From Halorussus marinus (lineage in GTDB: Archaea > Halobacteriota > Halobacteria > Halobacteriales > Haladaptataceae): a stretch of 64,000 nt of DNA. Where the stretch lies: the NCBI RefSeq assembly GCF_004765795.1, contig NZ_SBIV01000005.1:62001-126000 (forward strand), read 5' to 3'. The notes below the pieces were generated by a model, which was given only the letters and a program-made list of their open reading frames with translations, was not told the origin of the DNA and searched no databases. Below are positions 45,728 to 54,666 of the stretch, in pieces. The position numbers and the translations under genes are program-made. Position 1 is the first letter of the stretch, and each line of letters starts with the position of its first letter.

Positions 45728-46852
45728 ATGCACGCAGAGAGCACACCACGAACGGGGGGAATCCACGACGAGCGGGTGTCGACGATGGGGCGACGGCGGT
45801 TCATGGACACGCTACGGACGCTCGGGTTCGGCCTGCTGTCGTCGCTGTTTCTGACGACCGAGGACGTACTGGCGGCCGACGACGACGAGGTACCGGTCGT
45901 CTACGGGCTGACCCGCGACGACGGCGAGCTCCGACCGCGGCACAAGACCGTCCCGGCCGACTGGTACGACGACTTCCGGGAGGCGTTGGCGGCCCACGAC
46001 CGACTCGGCGCGATCGCCACGGAGGGCGTGGCGAACTCGGCGGTCGAGCCGGGCGAGTACGGCGGCGCGAACGCCGCCATCCGGGTCGAGGTCACCGCCG
46101 AGGAGGCCCGGGGTGCGGTCCCGGAGGCGATCGATCAGGTGCCCGTGGAGGTGACCCGCGTCGACTCCCGGAGCCGGAAGACCGACCCCGAGGAGCTGTC
46201 GAACCCGAGCGCGCCGACCGACCCGGGCGTCCCGGGGAGCGTCGCGGTGAGCAACGGCGAGATGTTCGGCACGCTCGCGCCCGCGTTGCGGGACCCCGCG
46301 GACGGCTCGACGTACTTTGCGACGGCGAACCACGTCTTCGGCGGGTCGGACAATCAGGGCGAGCCGTTCTACCTCCTCGACGGCGAACGGACCCGGATCG
46401 GGACGGTCTCGGCGGGGTTCCCGAAGGCCGATCTGGTCTGTGCCACCCCGGAGGAGGAGTTCGAGCCCCTCCACCGAATTCGGGACGTGTCGCCGGGTCG
46501 GGTGCTCGGGCAGTTCACCCGGGCCGGGCTCGCCGATCTAAAGGCCGAGGGCGAACCTCTCCAGAAGATCGGGGTGAAGACCGGCCACTCCGCCGGACAG
46601 ATTCAGGCCGTCGACGGGCTTACCTGCGCGTACGGCGCCATCTGCAAGAACGGCCAGATCAAGTGGGGTCGCGAGTCGGGGTTCTCGGACGGCGACAGCG
46701 GCTCTGTGAACTTCCACCCCGACCCCGAGAACCCCGACGCGGGCGTGCTTGTCGGCGGGCTCAACAACGCCCGGACGTGGTGGCCCGGCGAGAACTACAT
46801 CTGGGGCACGGGCGCGTATCACATCACCGAGAAACACGGCTACACGTTCTGA
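45728..46852 (+). CDS. Tat-type exported trypsin-like (S1/Nal1-like) serine protease
   Basis: GRRRF twin-Arg; GTL...FATANHV (His), ADL (Asp), KIGVKTG, GDSGS (Ser); alternative start at ATG 45785. Confidence 0.75.
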   Translation: MHAESTPRTGGIHDERVSTMGRRRFMDTLRTLGFGLLSSLFLTTEDVLAADDDEVPVVYGLTRDDGELRPRHKTVPADWYDDFREALAAHDRLGAIATEGVANSAVEPGEYGGANAAIRVEVTAEEARGAVPEAIDQVPVEVTRVDSRSRKTDPEELSNPSAPTDPGVPGSVAVSNGEMFGTLAPALRDPADGSTYFATANHVFGGSDNQGEPFYLLDGERTRIGTVSAGFPKADLVCATPEEEFEPLHRIRDVSPGRVLGQFTRAGLADLKAEGEPLQKIGVKTGHSAGQIQAVDGLTCAYGAICKNGQIKWGRESGFSDGDSGSVNFHPDPENPDAGVLVGGLNNARTWWPGENYIWGTGAYHITEKHGYTF

Positions 46853-46933
46853 TAGCGCTCCTCGCGGACGTCGGGTGTCCGGACTGCGGCCGAGGGCTCA
46901 CCCGCGAGGACGCCGTCAGGGAGGCCGGCCCGA

Positions 46934-47410
46934 TCAGCCCTGCGTGGTCCCGCAGTCGGTACAGGTCAGCTCGAACGCGCCGTCCGCGAGCGCGACGTCG
47001 TGGGTCCGTTCGGCCTCGCACTCGGGGCAGTAGGCCCGCGACTGGAGCGCGTCCCAGTCGTGGGTCGGGCCGGGCGCGCCGATCGCCCACCCCTCGACGG
47101 TCGCCTCGCCGTCGTTGTACCCCTTCTGGAACTCGCCGGGCCGGAACCGGATCAGCTCGCCGGCCGCGACGGTGACCGATTCGCGGTCGATCCCGACGTC
47201 GAACGTCGCGGTGCCCGACTCGACGTAGAACACCTCCTCCTGATCGTTGTGACGGTGGAGCCCGCCCGAAAACGACTCGCCGGCGTCGAGCTCGAAGTAG
47301 TTCATCGCGACGTGATCGGTGCCGAGCGCGCGCGAGACGGGCTTTCGCATCCGGTGGACGTTCATCGGATTGGGCTCGTTGTCGACCGCGTCGATCGCGA
47401 CTTTCTCCAT
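46934..47410 (-). CDS. Cupin-domain protein with C-terminal zinc ribbon
   Basis: HRHNDQEEVFYVESG cupin motif; CPEC...CTDCG; ATG 47410. Confidence 0.88.
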   Translation of the reverse strand: MEKVAIDAVDNEPNPMNVHRMRKPVSRALGTDHVAMNYFELDAGESFSGGLHRHNDQEEVFYVESGTATFDVGIDRESVTVAAGELIRFRPGEFQKGYNDGEATVEGWAIGAPGPTHDWDALQSRAYCPECEAERTHDVALADGAFELTCTDCGTTQG

Positions 47411-47603
47411 ACGCGTTCGTTGGTCGACGCTCGGAAAAAACTGTCCGGTCGACGCGCCTGCGCCCGAAGAGTCCGACGAGCGCGACCGAGAGCGGGGCCA
47501 ACGGCCGCCGCGTCCGCGACGTCCCACTTAAAAACACGGGGCGGTCGCAGGGCCGGCGACTCGCGTCCCCGCTTTAGGTAGTCGCCGACCCACGGTCGAA
47601 GCG

Positions 47604-48278
47604 ATGGCAACCGACGTTCGAACGTCGCTCTCGAAGGTCGCACAGGTCCCGCCCGTGACGCTCGCCACCCTCGGTGTCTCGCTCCTCGCCCTGCCGGGAT
47701 ACGCGTGGGCGTCGACCGCCCTCGGACTGAACGCCCCGCCGCTCGTCACCGTGGCCGTCCAGTGGACCGTCGCGGTCGGCGTGGTCGCGGTCGCGGTCGG
47801 CGTCGAGGGCAGGTCGCTCGCCAGCGTCGGGTTCCGCCGCGCGAGGCGGGGAGACGCGCTCGCGCTCGCGGGTGCGGCCGCCGCGGCGATGCTCGTCTTC
47901 GCGGCCACCGACCCGCTCGTCACGGCGCTCGGACTTCCGGTTCGAGGCGACTCGGGGACGCTCTCCACGGGCGTCGGCCTCTCGGTCGCGCTCGTGCGCG
48001 CGGTCACGACCGGCGTCGTCGAGGAGGTCCTCTTCCGGGGGTACCCCATCGAACGGCTCGTAGAGTACGCCGAGAGCCCGCTTCTCGCCGGCGTCGTGAC
48101 GTGGGGCGCCTTCACCGCCGCCCACGCCGTCGCGTGGCCGCTCGGGAATCTCGTCCAGATCTCGGCCGTGGCGGCGGTGTTCACCGTGGTCTATCTCCGC
48201 CGCCGGTCGCTGGTCCCGGTCGTCGGGGCGCACGTCGCGGTCTGGGCGCTCTCGGTCCTCGGTCGAGTTTACGGCTGA
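47604..48278 (+). CDS. CPBP family intramembrane metalloprotease
   Basis: VEEVLFRG, FTAAH and GAH motifs; multi-TM. Confidence 0.88.
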   Translation: MATDVRTSLSKVAQVPPVTLATLGVSLLALPGYAWASTALGLNAPPLVTVAVQWTVAVGVVAVAVGVEGRSLASVGFRRARRGDALALAGAAAAAMLVFAATDPLVTALGLPVRGDSGTLSTGVGLSVALVRAVTTGVVEEVLFRGYPIERLVEYAESPLLAGVVTWGAFTAAHAVAWPLGNLVQISAVAAVFTVVYLRRRSLVPVVGAHVAVWALSVLGRVYG

Positions 48279-48280
48279 GA

Positions 48281-49249
48281 CTACGCCACCGGCTCCAGCC
48301 CGCGCTCCTCGCGCAACACGCGGACGTACTCCCGGAACCCGGCTTCGAGGTCGTACTCGGGCTCGTAGCCCAGATCCTCTCGTGCGGCGGTCATATCGAG
48401 CGTCTGGGTCCACGGGAGTTCGCCCTCGTCGCTCACTTCGAGGTCGGCGTCGGGCACGATGCGCTCGACGGTCTCGGCGGCCTCCCGGATCGTCGCCACC
48501 TCGCCCCGGACGTTGTAGACGCGCCGACCGAGCGCCGACTCGGGGGCGAACGCCGCCTTCCGGAACGCCTGGGCGATGTCTTCGACGTACTGCCAGTCGA
48601 TAACCTGATCGCCGTACTCGACCGCGAACGGCTCGCCGACCGCCGGCTTCTCGACGATGTTCGCGAGGAACGCCGAGCCGCCCGTCTCGCGGTACGGGCC
48701 GTACGCGACCGTCGGCCGGAGCCCGACGTGGCTGACGTCGTGGTCCTCGAAGTACACCTTCGCCTGGTGTTCGTTGTACTCTTTGGTCGCGCCGTAGAGG
48801 GTGTCAGGGTACACCAGCTCGTCCTCGTCGACCCACTCGCCGTCGTAGTTGGCCGGGGGGGCGTACACCGCCGCCGACGACGCCCACGCCACGCGCTCGA
48901 TCTGGTCGTCGAGCGTCCGGGCGGCCTCGAACACGTTGTTCGTGCCGAGCACGTTCACCCGGGCGGCGTCCCGCGGGTTCTCGCGCGCCAGCGAGGTCAA
49001 AAGCGCCGCGAGGTGGACGACGCGGGTCGCGCCGGTCTCTCGGATCGCCCGGATCACGCTCGTCGGGTCGGTCACGTCGCCGCGGACGACCTCGACGGCG
49101 TCGGCGACCCCGAGCTTCTCAAGGATCCGCGCGTCGGTCGCGAGGTCGTACGCGACCACGTCGTGGCCCGCGTCCGCGAGGTCTCGTGCAACGTACGACC
49201 CGATGAACCCGGTCCCGCCGGTGACCAGCACCGTCTCTGGATCGGCCAT
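48281..49249 (-). CDS. NAD-dependent epimerase/dehydratase (extended SDR)
   Basis: VLVTGGTGFIG, VHLAA, ASSAAVY, YGATK; ATG 49249. Confidence 0.92.
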   Translation of the reverse strand: MADPETVLVTGGTGFIGSYVARDLADAGHDVVAYDLATDARILEKLGVADAVEVVRGDVTDPTSVIRAIRETGATRVVHLAALLTSLARENPRDAARVNVLGTNNVFEAARTLDDQIERVAWASSAAVYAPPANYDGEWVDEDELVYPDTLYGATKEYNEHQAKVYFEDHDVSHVGLRPTVAYGPYRETGGSAFLANIVEKPAVGEPFAVEYGDQVIDWQYVEDIAQAFRKAAFAPESALGRRVYNVRGEVATIREAAETVERIVPDADLEVSDEGELPWTQTLDMTAAREDLGYEPEYDLEAGFREYVRVLREERGLEPVA

Positions 49250-49344
49250 GTCTCGACCCACCACCGGCAGCCCCAAAAGCGTGTGCGACGGATTACCGCG
49301 AGCGCAGGATACTTGGCTCGGCTCCTCCCAGATTCAGGGAGTCG

Positions 49345-50652
49345 ATGGATCGACTCCCGTCGCTGGCCGACGTGCCCCGCGAGACCGCCGTCGTCGTCGG
49401 ACTCGTCGGCGGCGCCGAGTTCGTCAACCACACCTACCTCGTGCTGTTTCCGCCCATCCTCGGTATCCTGTCGGCGGAGTTCGACGCGTCGCTCGCACTG
49501 CTCGGGGTCGCGATGGGAGTGCAGGGGTTCACCAACACCGCGTTCCAGCTCCCGTGGGGGTATCTCTCGGACAACTACGACCGGCGGCTCACGCTCGGGC
49601 TGTCGCTCGGACTCGCGACCGCGAGCGTGTTCGTGGTCGCGGCCGCGCCCACCTTCGAGATACTGCTCGTGGGCCAAGCCCTGCTCGGGATCGGCATCGC
49701 GGGCCACCACCCGGTCCACTTCCCGTTGCTGGCGGCGGCCTCCCCCGAGCGCCACCGCGGCCGGGCGTTCTCGATCCGGGCGTTCCTCGGGAACCTCGGG
49801 TTCGCCGCGCCGCCGGTCGCGCTCACGGCGGTCATCGCACTCCCGGGGCTGACGTGGCGCCACGCGGTCGGGCTTGTCGGGGCGTTCGGCGCCGTCTACG
49901 CCGTCTCGATGCTGTTCGTCCTCTACCGGTACGTCGATCCGGCGGTGACCGCGCCGGACGTCGACGACGCCGAGGACGCACACGAGTCCGCCGACGGCGA
50001 GCGCACGCTGGGAGCGATCCGGGCCGCGGCCCGCCGGGAGGTCCGGGCGATCCTCGGCTCGCCCGCCATCCTCGCGCTGGCGGTGCTCGCGCTCGTGGTC
50101 TCGACCGCCAGCTGGGGCATCACCTCCTACGCCGCCGTCCTGTTGCAGGACGGCTACGGGGTCGGCCTCGACGTGGCGAACCTCACGCTCTCGGCGATGT
50201 TCGCGGTCGGCGCCGTGATGGTGCTGGTCGGCGGCGACCTCTCGGACCGGTTCTCGCCCGGGCCGGTCATCGTCGCCAGCTACGGCGCGGTCGTCGTCTT
50301 CGTGGCGCTGGTCGCGACCATGACACTGCCGCCGCTGGCCGCGGTGGCCTGCCTGCTCGTGGTCGGCGGGGTCCGGAGCCTCGGCGGCCCGGCCCGGTCG
50401 AAGCTCGCCGACGCGGTGTCGGCCCGGTCGGACCTCGGGCGCAACTTCGCGCTCATCACCGTCGGCATCATGACCGGAAGCTCGATCGCGCCGCCGGTGT
50501 TCGGCGCGCTCATCGAGAACCGGGGGCTCGGCGCGACCTTCTGGGCCATCGCGGCTGTCGCGGCGCTCGGGGTCGGGGTGACGCTGTTCGTGCTCCGGCG
50601 CCACGGCGACGGGACCGACCCCGCGGCGGCCGGCCCGGTCGAGGCCGAGTGA
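49345..50652 (+). CDS. MFS transporter
   Basis: About 12 TM helices; WGYLSDNYDRR motif A-like sequence and GGDLSDRF. Confidence 0.92.
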   Translation: MDRLPSLADVPRETAVVVGLVGGAEFVNHTYLVLFPPILGILSAEFDASLALLGVAMGVQGFTNTAFQLPWGYLSDNYDRRLTLGLSLGLATASVFVVAAAPTFEILLVGQALLGIGIAGHHPVHFPLLAAASPERHRGRAFSIRAFLGNLGFAAPPVALTAVIALPGLTWRHAVGLVGAFGAVYAVSMLFVLYRYVDPAVTAPDVDDAEDAHESADGERTLGAIRAAARREVRAILGSPAILALAVLALVVSTASWGITSYAAVLLQDGYGVGLDVANLTLSAMFAVGAVMVLVGGDLSDRFSPGPVIVASYGAVVVFVALVATMTLPPLAAVACLLVVGGVRSLGGPARSKLADAVSARSDLGRNFALITVGIMTGSSIAPPVFGALIENRGLGATFWAIAAVAALGVGVTLFVLRRHGDGTDPAAAGPVEAE

Positions 50653-50668
50653 GAGCGCGCCGGCCGAC

Positions 50669-51121
50669 TCACTCCGATTCGGCGAACAGGAGGTAGGTCA
50701 ACACGATTGCGAGCCCGACCTCCGAGACGATGGCGAGAAACTCCAGCGGTCCGGCGAACAGGTGCTCGACGACGAACGGAACGACCGCCACGTCGTGGGT
50801 CGAGCCCTGTCCGAGGAAAAAGAGCGGCCGGTGGCCGCTCAGATGCCAGCCGAAGTAGCCGAGCACGTACACCACCATCAGGCCGATGCCCCCGAGGTAC
50901 AGCGGCCGGCGGGGCCACCCCTGGGCGGCGAGGACCATCCCGGCGACGATCGCGATCCCGGACACCGCAAACAGCGGCCACCGGAGATCGCGCGGGAGCA
51001 GAAAGCCCGCCCGCGCCCACCGGAACCAGTTGTACAGCCCGAGCGAGACGTGGATCACCGCCGTCACGAGCGCGAGGTGTCCCGCGACGAGGTGGATCGG
51101 CGAGGGGAACTCCGAGTCCAT
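50669..51121 (-). CDS. Hypothetical membrane protein
   Basis: About 4 TM segments with several His residues; follows the ThDP enzyme gene. Confidence 0.75.
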   Translation of the reverse strand: MDSEFPSPIHLVAGHLALVTAVIHVSLGLYNWFRWARAGFLLPRDLRWPLFAVSGIAIVAGMVLAAQGWPRRPLYLGGIGLMVVYVLGYFGWHLSGHRPLFFLGQGSTHDVAVVPFVVEHLFAGPLEFLAIVSEVGLAIVLTYLLFAESE

Positions 51122-51170
51122 TACTCCGATCCGAGACAGGGCGTGGTGAAGGGACTGACGGTTTCGGGCG

Positions 51171-52886
51171 TCACTCGTGGAGGCCGCCGACCTCCTCGTA
51201 GAACGACGACCGGAGCCGGTCGGCCATCTCGACCTCGCGGTCGATCCGAACGTCGACGACCGTCGGCACGTCGTTCGCCTTCGCGTCGCGGAGCGCCGTC
51301 GCCAGTTCCTCGGGCGTGGTCGCCCGGATCCCGTCCGCGCCGAACCCCGCCGCGACCGTCACGAAGTCGGTGTCGTGGAACTCCACGCCCGCGATGTCGC
51401 CCTCGGCGGCCTGCATCTGGCGGACCATCCCGAGGCTGGTGTCATTGAGCACGACGAACGTTGGCGCGACCCCCTGTTCGACCGCGACCTCGACGTTCGT
51501 CATCGTCATCGCGAACCCGCCGTCGCCCGCGACGCCGATCACGTCCCGGTCGGTCGTGATCGCGGCCGAGACGGCCGCGGGCGTCGCCCACCCCATCCCG
51601 CCGACTCCGCCCGACCCGAAGTACGTCCGGACGCCGGGCGTCCGGAGGTAGTTCAACAGCCAGAACCGGTTGTTGCCCGAGTCGGCGGTCACGATGGTCT
51701 CCTCGTCGACCACCGCCTCGATCTCCTTGACGGCGCGCTGGGGCTTGATCGGCGAGGCGTCGCTCTCGCAGGCCGGCGCCGAGAACGACTCGCGGGCCGT
51801 CGCGGCCCGTTCGCGCGCCCAGTCGTCGCCGCCCGCCGCTACGCCTTCGCGCCCGCACGCGTTCGCGAGCGCGCGAAGACTTTCGGAGGCGTCGCCGATG
51901 AGTCCGACGTCCGCGGGGTAGACCCACCCGGCGTTGCGGGTGTCGACGTCGGCGTGGACGATGGTCTGCTCGTCGGGCCGGACGAACGACGGCGCCTGCC
52001 AGTTCGTATCCATCGGGTTCAACCGACAGCCGACCACGAGCAGGGCGTCGGCGTCGCTCACCACTCGGTTCGCCCCCTCGTGGCCGAACGAGCCGATGAC
52101 CCCAGCCGCGAGGTCGTGTGTCTCCGGGATCGTCGACTTGCCGAGATAGGAGGTGACGACCGGGGCGCCGTAGGCCGCCGCCGCGGCCCGGAGTTCGTCG
52201 TACGCCTGTGCGGCGTGAACGCCGTTGCCCGACACGATCACCGGCCGGTCGGCGTCGGCGAGCGCGCGCGCCGCGGTCGTTACGTCGCCGTCGGTCGGCG
52301 CGGCGTCCCAGTTGCGGACCTGCTCGTCGGCGTCCCAGACGGGCGGGACCGGATCCTCGGGTACCTCCTCGGTGATCGCGGTGCCGTCGAGGATCACCGC
52401 GGTCGGCCCGGGTCGGCCCGCGGTGGCGTGCTTGAACGCCAACTGGACGCTCCGGAGCGTCTCGGTCGGCGACCGGGGGAACCAGTGTTCTTTGGTCACG
52501 CCGTCGAGGATCTTCGGGAGGTTCAGCCCGCCGTAGTCGCCGCGGGCCTGCTGGTAGGGCGCCAGCGTCGAGTAGTCTCCGCGCTCGGAGGCCTCGGTCA
52601 GCACGACCATCGGCGACGACGACAGCCGGGCCTCCATCTGGCCGATGGCGCCGAGACTCCCGATCCACGGCCCCTGGCCCGCGAGTACGCCCGGCCGCTG
52701 GGTGAGCCGGCCGTACATCTCCGCCATCACGCTGGCCTCGCGCTCGTCGCGCGGCCGGACCACGTCCACGTCGGTCTCGGGGAGCGCGTCGAACAGTTCG
52801 ATGACCCGGCCGCCGGGGTAGCCAAAGACGTACTCGACGCCGAGCGATTCGAGGTGGGCGACCAGCGCCTCGCTGGTCTCGGTCAC
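51171..52886 (-). CDS. Thiamine-diphosphate-dependent enzyme (acetolactate synthase-like family)
   Basis: GVEYVFGYPGG, RDEREA, GRPGP, GGMGWATPAA, GDGGF...VLND ThDP motif; probable GTG start at 52886. Confidence 0.9.
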   Translation of the reverse strand: MTETSEALVAHLESLGVEYVFGYPGGRVIELFDALPETDVDVVRPRDEREASVMAEMYGRLTQRPGVLAGQGPWIGSLGAIGQMEARLSSSPMVVLTEASERGDYSTLAPYQQARGDYGGLNLPKILDGVTKEHWFPRSPTETLRSVQLAFKHATAGRPGPTAVILDGTAITEEVPEDPVPPVWDADEQVRNWDAAPTDGDVTTAARALADADRPVIVSGNGVHAAQAYDELRAAAAAYGAPVVTSYLGKSTIPETHDLAAGVIGSFGHEGANRVVSDADALLVVGCRLNPMDTNWQAPSFVRPDEQTIVHADVDTRNAGWVYPADVGLIGDASESLRALANACGREGVAAGGDDWARERAATARESFSAPACESDASPIKPQRAVKEIEAVVDEETIVTADSGNNRFWLLNYLRTPGVRTYFGSGGVGGMGWATPAAVSAAITTDRDVIGVAGDGGFAMTMTNVEVAVEQGVAPTFVVLNDTSLGMVRQMQAAEGDIAGVEFHDTDFVTVAAGFGADGIRATTPEELATALRDAKANDVPTVVDVRIDREVEMADRLRSSFYEEVGGLHE

Positions 52887-53015
52887 CGGCGACGCCTCCC
52901 GGCTCGCGGGACTGTTCGCGGTGGCGTGGGAATCGGTATCACTGCTGAAACCGACAGGTCCCGGCAACTTTTGCTTGTCGGTCGTTCCAGAACGAGTGAG
53001 TCGGCGAGCGTGGGC

Positions 53016-54368
53016 TTATTTCGCGTCGTCGAACGGCCAGTCGCCGGTGTTTCGCATCCCCTCCTCGTAGCCCTGTTCGATCGTCGCCTCCCGAATCTCC
53101 GAGACGGGCTTGTGGTCGACCTCGCGGTCTGCCTCCGCGAGCTTGCAGACGCCGCCCGCGAGCCCGACCGCGAGGTCTCGGAGGTCCCGCAGGTCGAGCT
53201 TATCGAGGGTGTCGCCGTGGGTGTGGCCCCACCCCCGCCCGCTTCCCTCGGAGGTCGAGCGGGCCTGCGAGCCCGCGATCCCCTCCTGCACGAACGGCCA
53301 GTGGTCGCTGTGGGGTCGGATGTCGTCGTGGACCTCTATCGGCACCGCGAGCTCGTCGCTGACCTCCCGGAAGGCCTCGCCGATGGGGTCGAAGCCGTGG
53401 GTGTACACCGCGAGGTTCCGGGAGTAGCCCGCGCCGTCGACGTTGACGATGCACTTCACCCGGTCGGCGTCGTGGGTCTCGACCCAGTGGTAGGCGCCGA
53501 ACAGTCCGACCTCCTCGGCGCCGAAGACCAGGAGCCTGACCTTGGTTTCGAGGTCGTCTTCGATCCGGGAGAGGAGCCGGCCGACCTCCGAGACGAGGAC
53601 CGTGCCGACGCCGTTGTCGTTCGCGCCCTCGCCCACGTCGTGGGCGTCGACGTGCGCGGTGAAAAGCACCTCCTCGTCGGTGTCCGGACCGATCACCGCT
53701 TCGACGTTCCGCGACTGGGCGGGCTCGTTTCGACACTCGACGGAGAGGCTGGCCTCGATCGGGCCGTCCTCGCAGTACCGGACGAGCCGGTCGCCGACCT
53801 CCTTCGAGACGCCGACCGCCGGGATCGGGCCGGGACCGTCGTCCTCGCCGATCGAACCGGTCGGCGGGAGACACCCCTCGATGTGGTTCCTGAAGAGGAA
53901 GCCGGCGGCGCCGGCCTCGGCGGCCGCGTAGTACTTCTCTGCCCGGTGGATCCACCGGTCGTGGTCGTCCGGCGTCAGACTCGACGCCATCGCGATCTTC
54001 CCTTCGAGGTCCGCCTCCGCGAAGTCCGCGGGGAGGCCGTGGCCCACGTCGACGATCTCGGCTTCGATCTCGCCGCTGGGCGTGCCGGGGAGTTCGACCA
54101 ACTGGTAGCGCTCGTCGAAGGTGTGGGTCCGGTCGGGTTCGGCGGTGAGCGAACACTCCCCGCGCCACCATCCGGGAATGTCGAACTCGGTTATCTCGGC
54201 CTCGCGGAGGCCGTGGCTCTCGAAGGCGTCCCGGACGAGTTCGGCTCCCTCCGCCTCGCCTCGCTGTCCGGCCATCCTGTTGTCGATGTCGACGAGATCA
54301 CAGAGCAGGTCCCACGAGTGGGTGCTTGTGTACGCGTCGCCGACGAGATCTGTGGGTACTGTTGGCAT
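53016..54368 (-). CDS. M28 family aminopeptidase with PA domain
   Basis: AHVDAH, GANDNG, GAEEVG, NVDG, HSDHWPF, HTHGDT. Confidence 0.93.
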   Translation of the reverse strand: MPTVPTDLVGDAYTSTHSWDLLCDLVDIDNRMAGQRGEAEGAELVRDAFESHGLREAEITEFDIPGWWRGECSLTAEPDRTHTFDERYQLVELPGTPSGEIEAEIVDVGHGLPADFAEADLEGKIAMASSLTPDDHDRWIHRAEKYYAAAEAGAAGFLFRNHIEGCLPPTGSIGEDDGPGPIPAVGVSKEVGDRLVRYCEDGPIEASLSVECRNEPAQSRNVEAVIGPDTDEEVLFTAHVDAHDVGEGANDNGVGTVLVSEVGRLLSRIEDDLETKVRLLVFGAEEVGLFGAYHWVETHDADRVKCIVNVDGAGYSRNLAVYTHGFDPIGEAFREVSDELAVPIEVHDDIRPHSDHWPFVQEGIAGSQARSTSEGSGRGWGHTHGDTLDKLDLRDLRDLAVGLAGGVCKLAEADREVDHKPVSEIREATIEQGYEEGMRNTGDWPFDDAK

Positions 54369-54549
54369 CGTGCGAGTTCAATCGCCGATTTGCGGACCAT
54401 CTACATGGGGGTTTGGTTTCCGGAAGCCCGACCCGGGTAGCGACCGGGGCGGCCGAGCCCCGCATAAGAATCCCCGCCGCCTGTCGGCGAACCGAACTGT
54501 GTCCGGATTGTCACCCGGTCGGAACGCACTCGATTAAACCGGTCCCCGC

Positions 54550-54640
54550 TATCGGAATTTACGACCGATATGTCACCTAAACTGTAAGTTCTGTTTCCAT
54601 TAAACAGCCTCAATCTGGGATTAACAGTAGTTTTATATAC
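54550..54640. promoter_or_regulatory. dppA promoter with TATA box and two candidate operator palindromes
   Basis: TATCGG-N9-CCGATA (54550-54570), CTGTTT-N5-AAACAG (54591-54607), TTTTATATA (54631-54639). Confidence 0.55.
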
Positions 54641-54666
54641 TCGCTTGTTTAACGATGCCATGTTCC

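Noticed and set aside
46853..46933. Intergenic frame reading ALLADVGCPDCGRGLTREDA, resembling half of a CPxCG zinc finger
   Set aside because: No start codon, only one CxxC and too short to support; at most a gene scar.
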